Numbered from the stretch's first letter, positions 1-9,693 are shown. The stretch is 64,000 nt of DNA from Planctomycetaceae bacterium (GCA_040376455.1 JBEIQP010000001.1:15-64014); one strand, 5' to 3'. The notes: a model not told the origin generated them from the sequence alone. Translations and numbers: made by a program.

Positions 1-175
1 TATGACGCCGCCGGCCCGCGGGTGACATGACGCGTGAGCAACCCGGGGGGGGTCGGGCTAACTGGGTCGCCGGCCCCGCCGTATTTGCTTGATAGATGCG
101 GCCGCAGCCATCCATGGCCTGCGGACGCAGGTCGGTCGGCAGGCTCGACGACGCGTGCCTGCGACCGAGGTGTTC

Positions 176-234
176 GCCATCCCGGCGAACCACAACACAC
201 GGCCGCAGCCATCCGGGCGAACCGAAACACACGT
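176..234 (+). repeat. Imperfect 32-bp direct repeat, two copies (GCCATCCCGGCGAACCACAACACACG / GCCATCCGGGCGAACCGAAACACACG), upstream of the rarD-like gene
   Basis: Read directly from the sequence. 23 of 26 aligned bases are identical. A related CGGCCGCAGCCATCC also occurs at 98-113 and 199-214. Confidence 0.7.
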
Positions 235-320
235 CTCCACGTGCACGGCTTGAGCCGCCGCACGGCCCCGGCAAGAATCACGGCTCGCTTGCTCCGCCCC
301 ACGCACGCCGCGAGCCGCCG

Positions 321-1193
321 GTGAACCACGGATACCTGTTCGCGGCCGCGGCCTTCATCATGTGGGGACTGCTGCCGGTCTATTGGAAACAGTTGCAGGC
401 GGTGCCCGCCATGCAACTCGTGGCCCATCGGGTGGTCTGGTCGAGCCTGACCCTCCTGCCGCTGATCTGGTGGAGCGGCCAGGGCCGCGAGATCGTCGCG
501 GCCGCAAGGCAGCCACGGGTGCTCCTCCGGCAGGCGCTGGCGGCGGTCCTGGTGTCGGCCAACTGGCTGGGGTTCGTCTGGGCCATGACGCACGATCGCA
601 TGATCGAGAGCAGCCTCGGTTATTTCCTCAATCCGATCCTGAGCGTGCTCCTCGGCGTCGCCGTGCTCGGCGAGCGGCTCCGACCCGCGCAGTGGCTGTC
701 GGTGGCCGTCGCGGCCGCGGGCGTCGCCTGGCTGGCGGCCCGCTCCCACCATCCGCCCTGGATCGCCCTCTATCTGGCCGGCACGTTCTGCCTCTACGGC
801 CTCGCCAAGAAGACGACGACGCTGGGCGCGGTCTCCTCCCTCACCATCGAGACGCTCCTGCTGCTGCTGCCGGCCGCCGGCGTGCTCGCCGCGGAAGAGT
901 GGGCCGGCCGCGGCCAATTCGGTCGCCTCGGCACGCCGACCGACCTCCTGATCGCCGCCTCGGGGGCGGTCACGGCGGTGCCGCTGCTCTGCTTCGCCGC
1001 CGCCGCCCGCCGGATCCCGCTCTCCGCCATCGGCCTGCTGCAGTACCTCGGCCCATCGCTCCAGTTTCTGCTCGGCCTGTTCGTCTACCGGGAACCATTC
1101 GACCGGGGCACGGGGGTCGGTTTCGTCATCGTCTGGATCGCCCTGGCGATCTTTCTGGCCGACGGCCTCCGGCGGCGGCTGGCCGCGCGGTGA
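321..1193 (+). CDS. rarD: RarD/EamA-family (DMT superfamily) membrane transporter
   Basis: Part of ORF 96..1193. The hydrophobic part starts at VNHGYLFAAAAFIMWGLLPVYWKQL, typical of the RarD N-terminus. GTG at 321 is in frame. The upstream 75 codons are Arg/Pro-rich and look non-coding. Confidence 0.75.
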   Translation: MNHGYLFAAAAFIMWGLLPVYWKQLQAVPAMQLVAHRVVWSSLTLLPLIWWSGQGREIVAAARQPRVLLRQALAAVLVSANWLGFVWAMTHDRMIESSLGYFLNPILSVLLGVAVLGERLRPAQWLSVAVAAAGVAWLAARSHHPPWIALYLAGTFCLYGLAKKTTTLGAVSSLTIETLLLLLPAAGVLAAEEWAGRGQFGRLGTPTDLLIAASGAVTAVPLLCFAAAARRIPLSAIGLLQYLGPSLQFLLGLFVYREPFDRGTGVGFVIVWIALAIFLADGLRRRLAAR

Positions 1194-1208
1194 ACCGACC
1201 CGCGGGGC

Positions 1209-3083
1209 TCACTCGGCCACGCGCCGCAGCGTGACGGCGATCGCGCCGTCGTTGTCGCCCAATTGCGTCCAGTCGTCGTCGCATCGCAGGAACAGCTGTC
1301 CGTCTTCCACGGGGGTGAACGCCCGCATGGCACCGAGCGGCAGCGGTGCGCCGACCGCGAACGCCTCCTCGCGGAAGACCACCGCGACCAGCCGCCCGTG
1401 GCCATCCTGGTCGCCGTCGGCGCCGATCGGCTCACCGGCCGGCGCCGTCCGCCAGGCCCCCTCCGCCACCGCCTCGTACCGCACCCCCCGCTCGACCCGC
1501 AGGCCGCTCGCCTGCCAGCCGGCCCGCGCCTTCACCTCGGCCTTCACGCTCCCCGACTCCCCATTGAGCGACCGAAACTTCGCCTCCCAGGGCCACGCCG
1601 CGAGGTCGGCCCGATACCCGTTGCCGACGGTCCGCAGGAACTGGTCGTATTCGAACGAGATCTCCCGGGCGACCGGCCCGTAGACCGACTCGAACGACAC
1701 GCCGGGCCGCTCCTCCATCAGCGCGATCGCCAACGGCTTGAACCGGTCGGAGTAGTTCGGGTTGTTGGCGAGCATGTGGCACAGCGCCCACCGCCAGGCG
1801 TAATCCTGCCAACCGCCGGAGGGCGTCCGCCCCGGCACGGCGATCTCCAGCAGCCGCCGCTTGGGCTGCGCCCGTTGCAGGTAGGCCATCACCGCCGGCT
1901 CGATCTCGACCGCCTGCTGGCCGTCCTTCCAGTAATTGCCCAGTTCGGCCACGCCCTCGGCCAGCCACGTCGGCCCGGTCGAGCCGAACGCCATGTGGCA
2001 AAACCCGTGCGTGCACTCGTGCTGGATCACCCCGTGATCGTCGCAGGCGTAGAGCGTGGCCTTCCGCTGGTTGCCGAGCCGCTGATTGAAGCACACCCCC
2101 GCCCGCTCGCGGATCTTGGCGACGCCGGCGGGCTCGACGAGCGTGCCCGGGGGAAAGGCGGCCAGGTCGCGGACGATGAATCCCTCGACCACGCCCGCCG
2201 GCTTCCGGCCGAAGTACCGCTCGAGGATGCCCGCCATCCGCTCGAGCTTGTCGAGGATGATCCGCGACTCGCGTTCGGAGACGTCCGTGAGGAAGGCGAA
2301 GTGCGCCGATCGGATCAGCCGGGCCTCCGTCTTCGGCTCGGCGGAGAGGCCGCGGTACTTGTTGGCCAGCGCGTCGTCGCCGCGCTCCTTCACGGCCGCG
2401 CCCGCCACGGTCTCGACGACCAGCGTCCTCGCCACCACGTCGCCGGTGTCGAGCCGGACGGCATCGAGCCTCGTCACCGTCGCGCCGGGCTCGATCCGCT
2501 TCAGTTCGGCGCTCTCGAGCGCCGCCCGCGCATCCGCCGCCACCTTGAACGCGAGCGTCGTCTTGCGGTGAAACGCCCGCTCGGCGGGCAGCTGCACGAC
2601 GAGCCGGCCCTTCGACGCCTGCTTGACCGGGGCGATGATCTCGCAGGCCACGAACTCCCCCGGGGCCGTCGGCTCGGCGTCCTGCGCGACCCCGAGCGGC
2701 GCGCCGTCGGCGTCGATGAGCGTGAGCGCCGCCACCTCGCCGTCGGACCGGCCGGCCGCGTTGAGCATCCCCGGGAATCGCACCACCTGGCCGGGCTTCA
2801 GTCGCGCCACGTCGAAGCCGCCGCTGATCCGCACGTCGGCCGGGAAGGCGAGCAGCCTGCCGTCGGCGAGCGGCACGCCCTGCTCGTCCTGCCGCTGCAC
2901 CCGGACCTCCAGCCGCTCCCCCTGGTCGTTGCGCACGGTGATCCGACCGCCGGTCACGGCCTCGACGACGCCCGTGACCTGGAGCCGCTCCCGCACCGAC
3001 ACCTGCCCGCGCGCGGCGGTCGCACACCCGATCGCGAGGAGCGCGGCCACGATCGGCACGGCCCACGAGTCCGACTTCAGCAT
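1209..3083 (-). CDS. Secreted putative zinc metallopeptidase (HExxH motif HECTH), possibly DUF1570-like
   Basis: 624-aa ORF with N-terminal signal-like MLKSDSWAVPIVAALLAIGCATAARG and motif VIQHECTHGFCHMAFG. The family name comes from memory only. Confidence 0.55.
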   Translation of the reverse strand: MLKSDSWAVPIVAALLAIGCATAARGQVSVRERLQVTGVVEAVTGGRITVRNDQGERLEVRVQRQDEQGVPLADGRLLAFPADVRISGGFDVARLKPGQVVRFPGMLNAAGRSDGEVAALTLIDADGAPLGVAQDAEPTAPGEFVACEIIAPVKQASKGRLVVQLPAERAFHRKTTLAFKVAADARAALESAELKRIEPGATVTRLDAVRLDTGDVVARTLVVETVAGAAVKERGDDALANKYRGLSAEPKTEARLIRSAHFAFLTDVSERESRIILDKLERMAGILERYFGRKPAGVVEGFIVRDLAAFPPGTLVEPAGVAKIRERAGVCFNQRLGNQRKATLYACDDHGVIQHECTHGFCHMAFGSTGPTWLAEGVAELGNYWKDGQQAVEIEPAVMAYLQRAQPKRRLLEIAVPGRTPSGGWQDYAWRWALCHMLANNPNYSDRFKPLAIALMEERPGVSFESVYGPVAREISFEYDQFLRTVGNGYRADLAAWPWEAKFRSLNGESGSVKAEVKARAGWQASGLRVERGVRYEAVAEGAWRTAPAGEPIGADGDQDGHGRLVAVVFREEAFAVGAPLPLGAMRAFTPVEDGQLFLRCDDDWTQLGDNDGAIAVTLRRVAE

Positions 3084-3185
3084 GGGAGGGTCTGCGGTAT
3101 CATGGCGAAACGAGCACCCGGCCCCTCATCCTACGCGACTCCGCTCCGACCGTCGGTTTCGCGCGGGCCGTCCCCGGCAACCATC

Positions 3186-3653
3186 ATGCATCACTGGCTG
3201 ATCAAGAGCGAACCCGACGTCTTCTCGATCCACGATCTCGCGAAGGCGAAGGCGCGGACGACCTGCTGGGAGGGAGTCCGCAACTACCAGGCCCGCAACT
3301 TCCTGCGGGCGATGAAGCTGGGGGACCGCGGCCTCTTCTATCATTCGAATGCGAGCCCCTCGGCCGTGGCCGGCGTCGTCGAGATCGTCCGCGAGGCCTA
3401 CCCCGATCCCACCGCCTGGGATCGCACGAGCGACTACCACGATCCGAAGGCGTCGGCCGAGAACCCCGTCTGGTCGATGGTCGACGTGAAACTGGTCGAG
3501 ATTTTCCCCCGGGAAATCCCCCTCGACGAGTTGCGGGGCCTGAAGGCGCTGGCCGGCATGGAGCTGCTGCGTCGCGGCAGCAGGCTCTCGGTGCAGCCCG
3601 TCACGGCGGCCGAATTTCGCACGATCGAGAAGTTGGCCCGCAGCAGGGCATAA
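3186..3653 (+). CDS. EVE (PUA-like) domain protein
   Basis: The C-terminal 155 aa of ORF 1263..3653 read MHHWLIKSEPDVFSIHDL...WEGVRNYQARNFLRAMKLGDRGLFYHS..., the classic EVE signature. The long upstream part is antisense to the peptidase gene. Confidence 0.8.
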   Translation: MHHWLIKSEPDVFSIHDLAKAKARTTCWEGVRNYQARNFLRAMKLGDRGLFYHSNASPSAVAGVVEIVREAYPDPTAWDRTSDYHDPKASAENPVWSMVDVKLVEIFPREIPLDELRGLKALAGMELLRRGSRLSVQPVTAAEFRTIEKLARSRA

Positions 3654-3660
3654 TGCCGGC

Positions 3661-4881
3661 ATGACCTGCCGCAGCGAATCCGTCGCCCGGACCGTTTCCC
3701 ACGCCGAGCCGGCGTTGCCCGCGGCGCTGGCCTGGATCGACGAGGAACTCGACGCCCTGCGGGCCGCGGGCCTCGAACGGCCGCACCGCATCCGCTCGGG
3801 CAGGCAGGGCCGGGTCGTCGAACTCGACGGGCGGACGCTGACGAATTTCGGCTCCAACGACTACCTCGGCTACGCCGGCGATGTCCGGCTCACGAAGGCG
3901 GCCTCCAAGGCGGCCTGCGCCGAGGGCTTCGGGGCGGGGGCCAGCCCGCTGGTCAGCGGCCACTCCCAGGCGCACGAGCGGCTCGAAGGGGCGGTCGCCG
4001 ACCTGCTCGGGGTGGGCGCGGCGCTCGCCTACCCGAGCGGCTTCGCCGCCAATGCGGCCACGCTCGCCGCCCTCGCCGGGCCCGACGACTTCATCGCCAG
4101 CGACGAACGGAATCATGCGAGCATCATCGACGGCTGCCGGCTCTCCCGCGCGACGCTCGGCATCCATCCCCACCGTGATCTCGCCGCCCTCGAGGCCCTG
4201 CTCGCGGCGGCCCGCGGTCGCCGCCGCAGGCTGATCGTCACCGACACGCTGTTCTCGATGGACGGATCGATCGCCCCGCTGGCAGACCTCTGCGACATCG
4301 CCCGCAGGCACGACGCGATCCTGATGGTGGACGAGGCCCACGCCACCGGCGTCTTCGGCCCGCGCGGCAGCGGGCTCGTCGAGGAGCTCGGCTGTGCCGA
4401 CGGCGTGCACGTTCGTGTCGGCACGCTCTCGAAGGCGCTCGGCGCCGCCGGCGGCTTCGTCGCCGGACATCCCGCGCTCGTCCACTGGCTGCGGCACAAG
4501 GCCCGGGCCTGGATCTTCTCGACGGCCCATCCCCCCGCGGTCGCCGCGGCCGCGGCCCGGGCCATCGAACTGGTGGCCGCGGAGCCCGAGCGCCGCAGCG
4601 GCCTCCGGGCCAAGGCCGCGGCGTTCCGCGAACGCCTCGCCCACGCCGGCCTCGACACCGCGCCGGCCGCGGCCCAGATCGTGCCGGTCGTGGCCGGGCC
4701 GCCGGAAGCGGCGGTCTCCCTCGCCGCCCGCTTGGCCGCCGCCGGCTTCTTCGTGCCCGCGATCCGCCCCCCGAGCGTGCCCTCGGGCAGGAGCCTCGTG
4801 CGGGCGAGCATCTGCTGGCATCATTCACCCGACGATCTCGACCGACTCGCCTCCGCGATCAGCCGCCATGCCCGTGCCTGA
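3661..4881 (+). CDS. PLP-dependent alpha-oxoamine synthase family (BioF / 2-amino-3-ketobutyrate CoA ligase-like)
   Basis: Motifs FGSNDYLGY, NHASIIDGCRLS, FSMDG, VDEAHATGVFG and the PLP lysine context GTLSKALG. Confidence 0.8.
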   Translation: MTCRSESVARTVSHAEPALPAALAWIDEELDALRAAGLERPHRIRSGRQGRVVELDGRTLTNFGSNDYLGYAGDVRLTKAASKAACAEGFGAGASPLVSGHSQAHERLEGAVADLLGVGAALAYPSGFAANAATLAALAGPDDFIASDERNHASIIDGCRLSRATLGIHPHRDLAALEALLAAARGRRRRLIVTDTLFSMDGSIAPLADLCDIARRHDAILMVDEAHATGVFGPRGSGLVEELGCADGVHVRVGTLSKALGAAGGFVAGHPALVHWLRHKARAWIFSTAHPPAVAAAAARAIELVAAEPERRSGLRAKAAAFRERLAHAGLDTAPAAAQIVPVVAGPPEAAVSLAARLAAAGFFVPAIRPPSVPSGRSLVRASICWHHSPDDLDRLASAISRHARA

Positions 4882-6265
4882 CACCCCGCCCCGAGCCGAC
4901 GCGTGGTGCGTGATCGGCGCCGGGCCGTCGGGCCTGACCGCGCTCAAGCACCTGCGCGCGGCGGGCCTGGAGGCGGAGTGCCTGGAGCGCGAGGACGACG
5001 TCGGGGGCAACTGGTATTTCGGCGCGGCGACGTCGCGGGTCTTCGCTTCGACCCGGCTGATCAGCTCGAAGTCGCTCACCGCCTACGTCGATTATCCGAT
5101 GCCGCGGGACTGGCCCGCCTATCCCGACCACCGGCGCTGCCTCGAATACCTCCGCGGCTACGCCCGGCACTTCGACCTCCTCCCGCACATCCGCACGCAT
5201 GCGCCGGTCGAATCGGTCGAGCCGCTCGGCGCCGCGGGCGCCGGGTGGCGGATCCGCATCGCCGGGCAGGGGCCGCGGGACTACGCCGGCGTCGTCATCG
5301 CCAGCGGCCACAACCACATCCCGCGGCTGCCGGCCATCCCCGGCACGTTCTCCGGCACGCTCCTGCACGCCGCCGACTACAAGTCGCCGACCCAGCCGGT
5401 GCCGATCGAGGGCCGCCGCGTGCTCGTCATCGGCGGCGGCAACTCCGGCTGCGACATCGCGGTGGAATGCTCGCGGCACGCCGCGCGGACGGTGCACTCC
5501 ACGCGTCGCGGCTATTACGTCGTCCCGCGCGAGATTCTCGGCCGCCCGGCCGACCTGCGGGGCGAGCGGCTCCTCCGCATGGGCCTGCCGCTCTGGCTGC
5601 GGCGGCTCGTCAGCCTCCGCGCGATCGATCGCACGATCGGCCTGCCGTGGCGGCACGGGCTCCCGCGGCCGGATCATCGCCTCTGGGAAACGCACCCGAT
5701 CGTGAACTCGGAGATTCTCGGCCGCATCGACGCGGCCGCGATCGAGCCCGCCGGCGACGTGGCGCGGTTCGACGGCGATCGGGTGACCTTCGCCGACGGC
5801 AGCCACCAGCCCTTCGACGTCGTCATCTGCGCCACCGGCTACGAGGCGACGATCCCCTTCATCGACGCCCGGCTGCTCGGCGCCGCCGCGGCCGCGGACT
5901 GCCCGCGGCTGTTTCTCAATCTCCTGCATCGGTCCCGCGACGACGTCGCGGTCGTGGGCCTGATCCAGCCCGACAGCGGCCAGTGGGGGCTCACCGACCT
6001 GCAGGCCCGGCTCGTCGCGCAGATGGCGGTGGCCGCACGCACGGCGCCGCGGGCCGCCGCCTGGCTCTATGCCGCGCGGCAGCGGCCCGCCCCCGCCGCA
6101 GGCATCCGCTACGTGTCGTCGGCGCGGCATGCGCTCGAGGTCGAGCACTTTTCCTACCGGCGCACGCTCGAGCGGCTCACGGCCGCGATGGACCGCCGCC
6201 TCCGCCGGGAACGCGGCCGGCGGCCACCCTCCCGGCGCATTCGACCACGCCATGTGCTAGCGTGA
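4868..6265 (+). CDS. Flavin-containing monooxygenase-like NAD(P)/FAD oxidoreductase
   Basis: Internal ATG of ORF 4394..6265. Two dinucleotide motifs, VIGAGPSGL and VIGGGNSGCD, plus DVGGNW. The start overlaps the upstream gene by 14 nt. Confidence 0.75.
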   Translation: MPVPDTPPRADAWCVIGAGPSGLTALKHLRAAGLEAECLEREDDVGGNWYFGAATSRVFASTRLISSKSLTAYVDYPMPRDWPAYPDHRRCLEYLRGYARHFDLLPHIRTHAPVESVEPLGAAGAGWRIRIAGQGPRDYAGVVIASGHNHIPRLPAIPGTFSGTLLHAADYKSPTQPVPIEGRRVLVIGGGNSGCDIAVECSRHAARTVHSTRRGYYVVPREILGRPADLRGERLLRMGLPLWLRRLVSLRAIDRTIGLPWRHGLPRPDHRLWETHPIVNSEILGRIDAAAIEPAGDVARFDGDRVTFADGSHQPFDVVICATGYEATIPFIDARLLGAAAAADCPRLFLNLLHRSRDDVAVVGLIQPDSGQWGLTDLQARLVAQMAVAARTAPRAAAWLYAARQRPAPAAGIRYVSSARHALEVEHFSYRRTLERLTAAMDRRLRRERGRRPPSRRIRPRHVLA

Positions 6266-6371
6266 AGGGCTCCGCGGCGGGCGACCCCGCGGCACCCCAG
6301 CGGCCATGCGGCCGCGTGCCGCAGTCGCGCGAACGGCTCCGCGGTCGATTTTTCTTTCCGGAGGCAGAGCG

Positions 6372-6806
6372 ATGGACATTCTCGGTGAGATCCTGAAGCA
6401 GGTGCTCGAGGGCGCGGCTCAGCAGCAGCAACAACAGCCGGCGCCGCAGCGGCAACCGCAGCAGCGGCCGCCCCAGGCCCCGCCGCAGGGCATGCCCTCG
6501 CCCAACGACCTGACCGACATCCTCACGCAGATCTTCGGTGGCGGCGGCGCCCAGAAGCTGCCCGACGTCGTCAAGCAGTTCGAGGAGAAGGGCATGCGCG
6601 ACCAGGTCGATTCGTGGGTTCGCACCGGTCCCAACAAGCCGATCGAGCGGCGGCAGATCGAGGACGTGTTCGGCCACCGCGAACTCGACGACATCTCGCG
6701 TTCGCGCGGCATCGACCGCGACCAGCTGGCCGAAGTGCTGGCGAAGTACATCCCCAAGATCATCGACGAGCTGACCCCGGCCGGGCAGTTGCCGAGCCGT
6801 CGATAG
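6372..6806 (+). CDS. YidB/DUF937-like protein with a Gln/Pro-rich linker
   Basis: MDILGEILKQVL...SWVRTGPNKPI...LAKYIPKIIDELTPAGQLP resembles the YidB family C-terminus. GGAGG lies about 9 nt upstream of the ATG. Confidence 0.6.
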   Translation: MDILGEILKQVLEGAAQQQQQQPAPQRQPQQRPPQAPPQGMPSPNDLTDILTQIFGGGGAQKLPDVVKQFEEKGMRDQVDSWVRTGPNKPIERRQIEDVFGHRELDDISRSRGIDRDQLAEVLAKYIPKIIDELTPAGQLPSRR

Positions 6807-6828
6807 AGAGGGCGGCGGGATCCCTGCC

Positions 6829-8079
6829 ATGATGATGCCCACGGCGTCGATCGTGCGCCGGCATGCCGCGGCCGCCATCTGGGTGGCCGCGGCGTGTGCC
6901 GCTGCGCTCGTGGGGGAGGGCGCCGCGGCGGCCCGGGACTGGTCGGAGGTGCAACTCGCTTGGCGTGACGATCCGCGGGTGCCGGCCGATGTGCCGGCCG
7001 GCGTCGAGTCGCCGCAGGGTCGCCGACCGTCGCGGCGTGCCGTCCGCCGGGCCACCCGCCGCGGCCAGCCTCTCGATCGCGCGCCGATCGAGTCGCGTCG
7101 GATCAGCCCCGGCCCACCGCTGGGCGACGTGTCGGATCCTCCCGCGGGGCCGCCGCCGCTGAGCGGTGCCGAGCGGGGCCCGCGGGGCGTGGAGGCCACG
7201 CTGGCCTCGCCGTTCGAACACGACCGCACGTCGGCCGACGGCGTGACCACGCATCGAGATCAGCCCTACGGGTCGCGGGGCGACGGCCGGCAGAAGTTCG
7301 ACCTCCACCTGCCGGCGGGCTGCAACGCGGGCCCGCTGCCGCTCGTGGTCTGGATTCACGGCACCGATTGGCGGACCGGTTCCAAGGCGGATTGCCCCGT
7401 GCTCTGGCTCGTCGGTCAGGGCTACGCCGTGGCCAGCGTCGGCTATCGCCTCAGCGACGGGGCCCTGTTCCCCGCCCAGTTGGACGATTGCCGGGCGGCG
7501 ATCGCCACGCTCCAGCGCGACGCCGAACTCTGGGGGATCGACCCCGACCGGATCTGCGTGGTGGGAAACGCGGCCGGCGGGCATCTCGCGGCGCTCGTGG
7601 GCTTCGCCGCGCCGGCCGACGCCGTCCCGTCGTCCGGCGACGACGACCAGCCGCGGGCCGCGGAACACCGGGCCGTCGCCGCGGTCTGTGTCGTCGGCGC
7701 ACCGACCCACCTGTCGAGCCTCGGTCCGGCGCACGATCGCGCGGCTTCGGCGGCCAGTCGGCTCATCGGCGGCCCCCTCCCCGAATTCCGCGAGGCGGCG
7801 CAGCGTGCCAGCCCCCTCGAGCACGTCTCGCCGGACGATCCGCCGACGCTCATCGTCCACGGCGCCCGCGACACGATCATTCCCTCCGACCAGGCCGTGC
7901 GGCTCGACCGCTCGCTCACCGCGGCCGGCATCGACAGCACGCTGGTGCTCCTCGACGCCGACGGATCGGCGCCATCCCTCGCGCAGGACTCCGTCGCCGG
8001 CATGGCGCTGCGCAACTTTCTCGACCGCGTGCTGGGCCCAGGACCGCGGCACGAGACGACGCCGGCCGCCCCGCGCTGA
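6829..8079 (+). CDS. Secreted alpha/beta-hydrolase-fold protein (esterase/lipase-like) with non-canonical catalytic positions
   Basis: LPLVVWIHGTDWRTGSK...YAVASVGYRLS...IDPDRICVVGNAAGGHLAALVG...LIVHGARDTIIP. The nucleophile-elbow codon at 7570-7572 is GCG (Ala), not Ser. Confidence 0.7.
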   Translation: MMMPTASIVRRHAAAAIWVAAACAAALVGEGAAAARDWSEVQLAWRDDPRVPADVPAGVESPQGRRPSRRAVRRATRRGQPLDRAPIESRRISPGPPLGDVSDPPAGPPPLSGAERGPRGVEATLASPFEHDRTSADGVTTHRDQPYGSRGDGRQKFDLHLPAGCNAGPLPLVVWIHGTDWRTGSKADCPVLWLVGQGYAVASVGYRLSDGALFPAQLDDCRAAIATLQRDAELWGIDPDRICVVGNAAGGHLAALVGFAAPADAVPSSGDDDQPRAAEHRAVAAVCVVGAPTHLSSLGPAHDRAASAASRLIGGPLPEFREAAQRASPLEHVSPDDPPTLIVHGARDTIIPSDQAVRLDRSLTAAGIDSTLVLLDADGSAPSLAQDSVAGMALRNFLDRVLGPGPRHETTPAAPR

Positions 8080-8290
8080 ATCCGGGACGTGAATCGTTCC
8101 GCGCCGGCTCCTGCAACCGCGACGAGCCGCACGACCGCTGCATGCGATTCGGTCTACGTTCTCCGCCCGCCTTGTGCAGTCAACGCCGAGTCCCGTCGAT
8201 ACCTTCCCCTGTGCCGGGACGTTCCGGCACCCGTGCGGCACCCGCCCCGCACGCCGTTGTGGACGCATTCCGGAGCCTCATCACTTCACC

Positions 8291-9160
8291 ATGTCATCCC
8301 GTCGCCACAAGCCAGCCGTCGCCGTGCAGAACCCGCTCGAAACCTATCTGCGCGACATCAACGAGACCTCCCTGCTCACCGCCGCCGACGAGAAGCGTCT
8401 GGCCGAGGCGATCGCCAAGGGAGACGCGTCGGCCCGCGACCACATGGTCCGCGCCAATCTGCGGCTCGTCGTGAACATCGCCCGCGGGTATGCCAACCGC
8501 GGACTGCCGCTGCCCGACCTCATCGAGGAAGGCAACCTCGGGCTGCTCCGGGCCGTGGAGGGCTTCGACCCGAAGATCGGCACGCGATTCAGCACCTACG
8601 CGAGCTACTGGATCAAGCAGTCGATCAAGCGGGCGCTGATCAACTCCGGCAAGACGATCCGCATCCCCGCCTACATGGTGGAACTGCTGTCCAAGTGGCG
8701 GCGGGCGACCGCCCGGCTCCTCGACTCGCTCGGCCGGACGCCCACGCCCGAAGAGGTCGCGCGGATGCTGGGCCTGGCCCGGAAGAAGCTGCCGATCATC
8801 AAGAAGGCGATCCACGTCCATCACGCGGCACCGCAGACCGAGCAGAGCGAGGGGGGCTGGTCGCTCGGCGAGTTGATCCGCGACGAAAACGCGAAGTGTC
8901 CCGCCGAGGTGCTCCTCGATCACGACACGCTCCGCCACGTCCTCCGGCGGATCGACGAGCTCGACCCGCGGGCCGCCACGATCATCAAGCTCCGCTTCGG
9001 CCTCGGCGGCGGCGAGCCGATGACGCTCAAGGAGATCGGGGCGGTGCTCGGGTTGACCCGCGAACGGGTGCGGCAAATCGAGTCGGAGACGCTCGCCGGG
9101 CTCGCGATGGAGATCGACGGCGTGCCGCGGGCCCGAATCCAGTTGCGTCACGGCGCCTGA
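8291..9160 (+). CDS. Sigma-70 family RNA polymerase sigma factor (regions 1.2-4.2)
   Basis: LETYLRDINETSLLTAADE, ANLRLVVNIARGY, DLIEEGNLGLLRAVEGFD, FSTYASYWIKQSIKRAL, TLKEIGAVLGLTRERVRQIE. Confidence 0.88.
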   Translation: MSSRRHKPAVAVQNPLETYLRDINETSLLTAADEKRLAEAIAKGDASARDHMVRANLRLVVNIARGYANRGLPLPDLIEEGNLGLLRAVEGFDPKIGTRFSTYASYWIKQSIKRALINSGKTIRIPAYMVELLSKWRRATARLLDSLGRTPTPEEVARMLGLARKKLPIIKKAIHVHHAAPQTEQSEGGWSLGELIRDENAKCPAEVLLDHDTLRHVLRRIDELDPRAATIIKLRFGLGGGEPMTLKEIGAVLGLTRERVRQIESETLAGLAMEIDGVPRARIQLRHGA

Positions 9161-9180
9161 CACCGCTACGCTGCGCAGCC

Positions 9181-9693
9181 ATGGATCTCGCCCGCCACAT
9201 CCGCCCGATTCCCGACTTTCCCAAGCCGGGCATCCTGTTTCGCGACATCACGCCGCTCCTCGCCGACGCGGGGGCGTTTGCGGAGGCGATCGACCGGCTG
9301 GCGGAGCCGTGGCGGGCCGCGGGGCTCGACGCCATCGCCGCCGTCGAGGCCCGGGGCTTCCTGTTTGCCGGACCGCTGGCCGTCGCCCTGGGCGTGGGGC
9401 TGATCCCGGTGCGCAAGCCGGGCAAGCTGCCCGCCGACACCATCGCCCACGAGTACGACCTCGAATACGGCCGCGACCGGCTCGAGATGCACCGCGGCAT
9501 CCTCACGGCCGGGGCCCGCGTGCTCGTGGTGGATGACGTGCTGGCCACCGGCGGCACCGCCGAGGCCTGCGTGCGGCTGATCGAAGCCGGCGGCGGCACG
9601 GTGGCCGGGGCCGCGTTTCTCGTCGAGATCGAGCCGCTGGGCGGCCGCGAGCGGCTCGCGCCGCACCGCGTCGAAAGCGTGCTCACGTACTGA
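9181..9693 (+). CDS. apt: Adenine phosphoribosyltransferase
   Basis: IRPIPDFPKPGILFRDITPLL, EARGFLFAGPLA, PVRKPGKLP, and the PRPP motif VLVVDDVLATGGTA. Confidence 0.92.
   Translation: MDLARHIRPIPDFPKPGILFRDITPLLADAGAFAEAIDRLAEPWRAAGLDAIAAVEARGFLFAGPLAVALGVGLIPVRKPGKLPADTIAHEYDLEYGRDRLEMHRGILTAGARVLVVDDVLATGGTAEACVRLIEAGGGTVAGAAFLVEIEPLGGRERLAPHRVESVLTY

Noticed and set aside
1263-3185. Long N-terminal extension of the EVE-domain ORF (796-aa ORF 1263..3653)
   Set aside because: The extension is antisense to the HExxH peptidase gene and is Arg/Pro-rich. EVE proteins are about 150 aa and start at the MHHWLIKSEP-type sequence.
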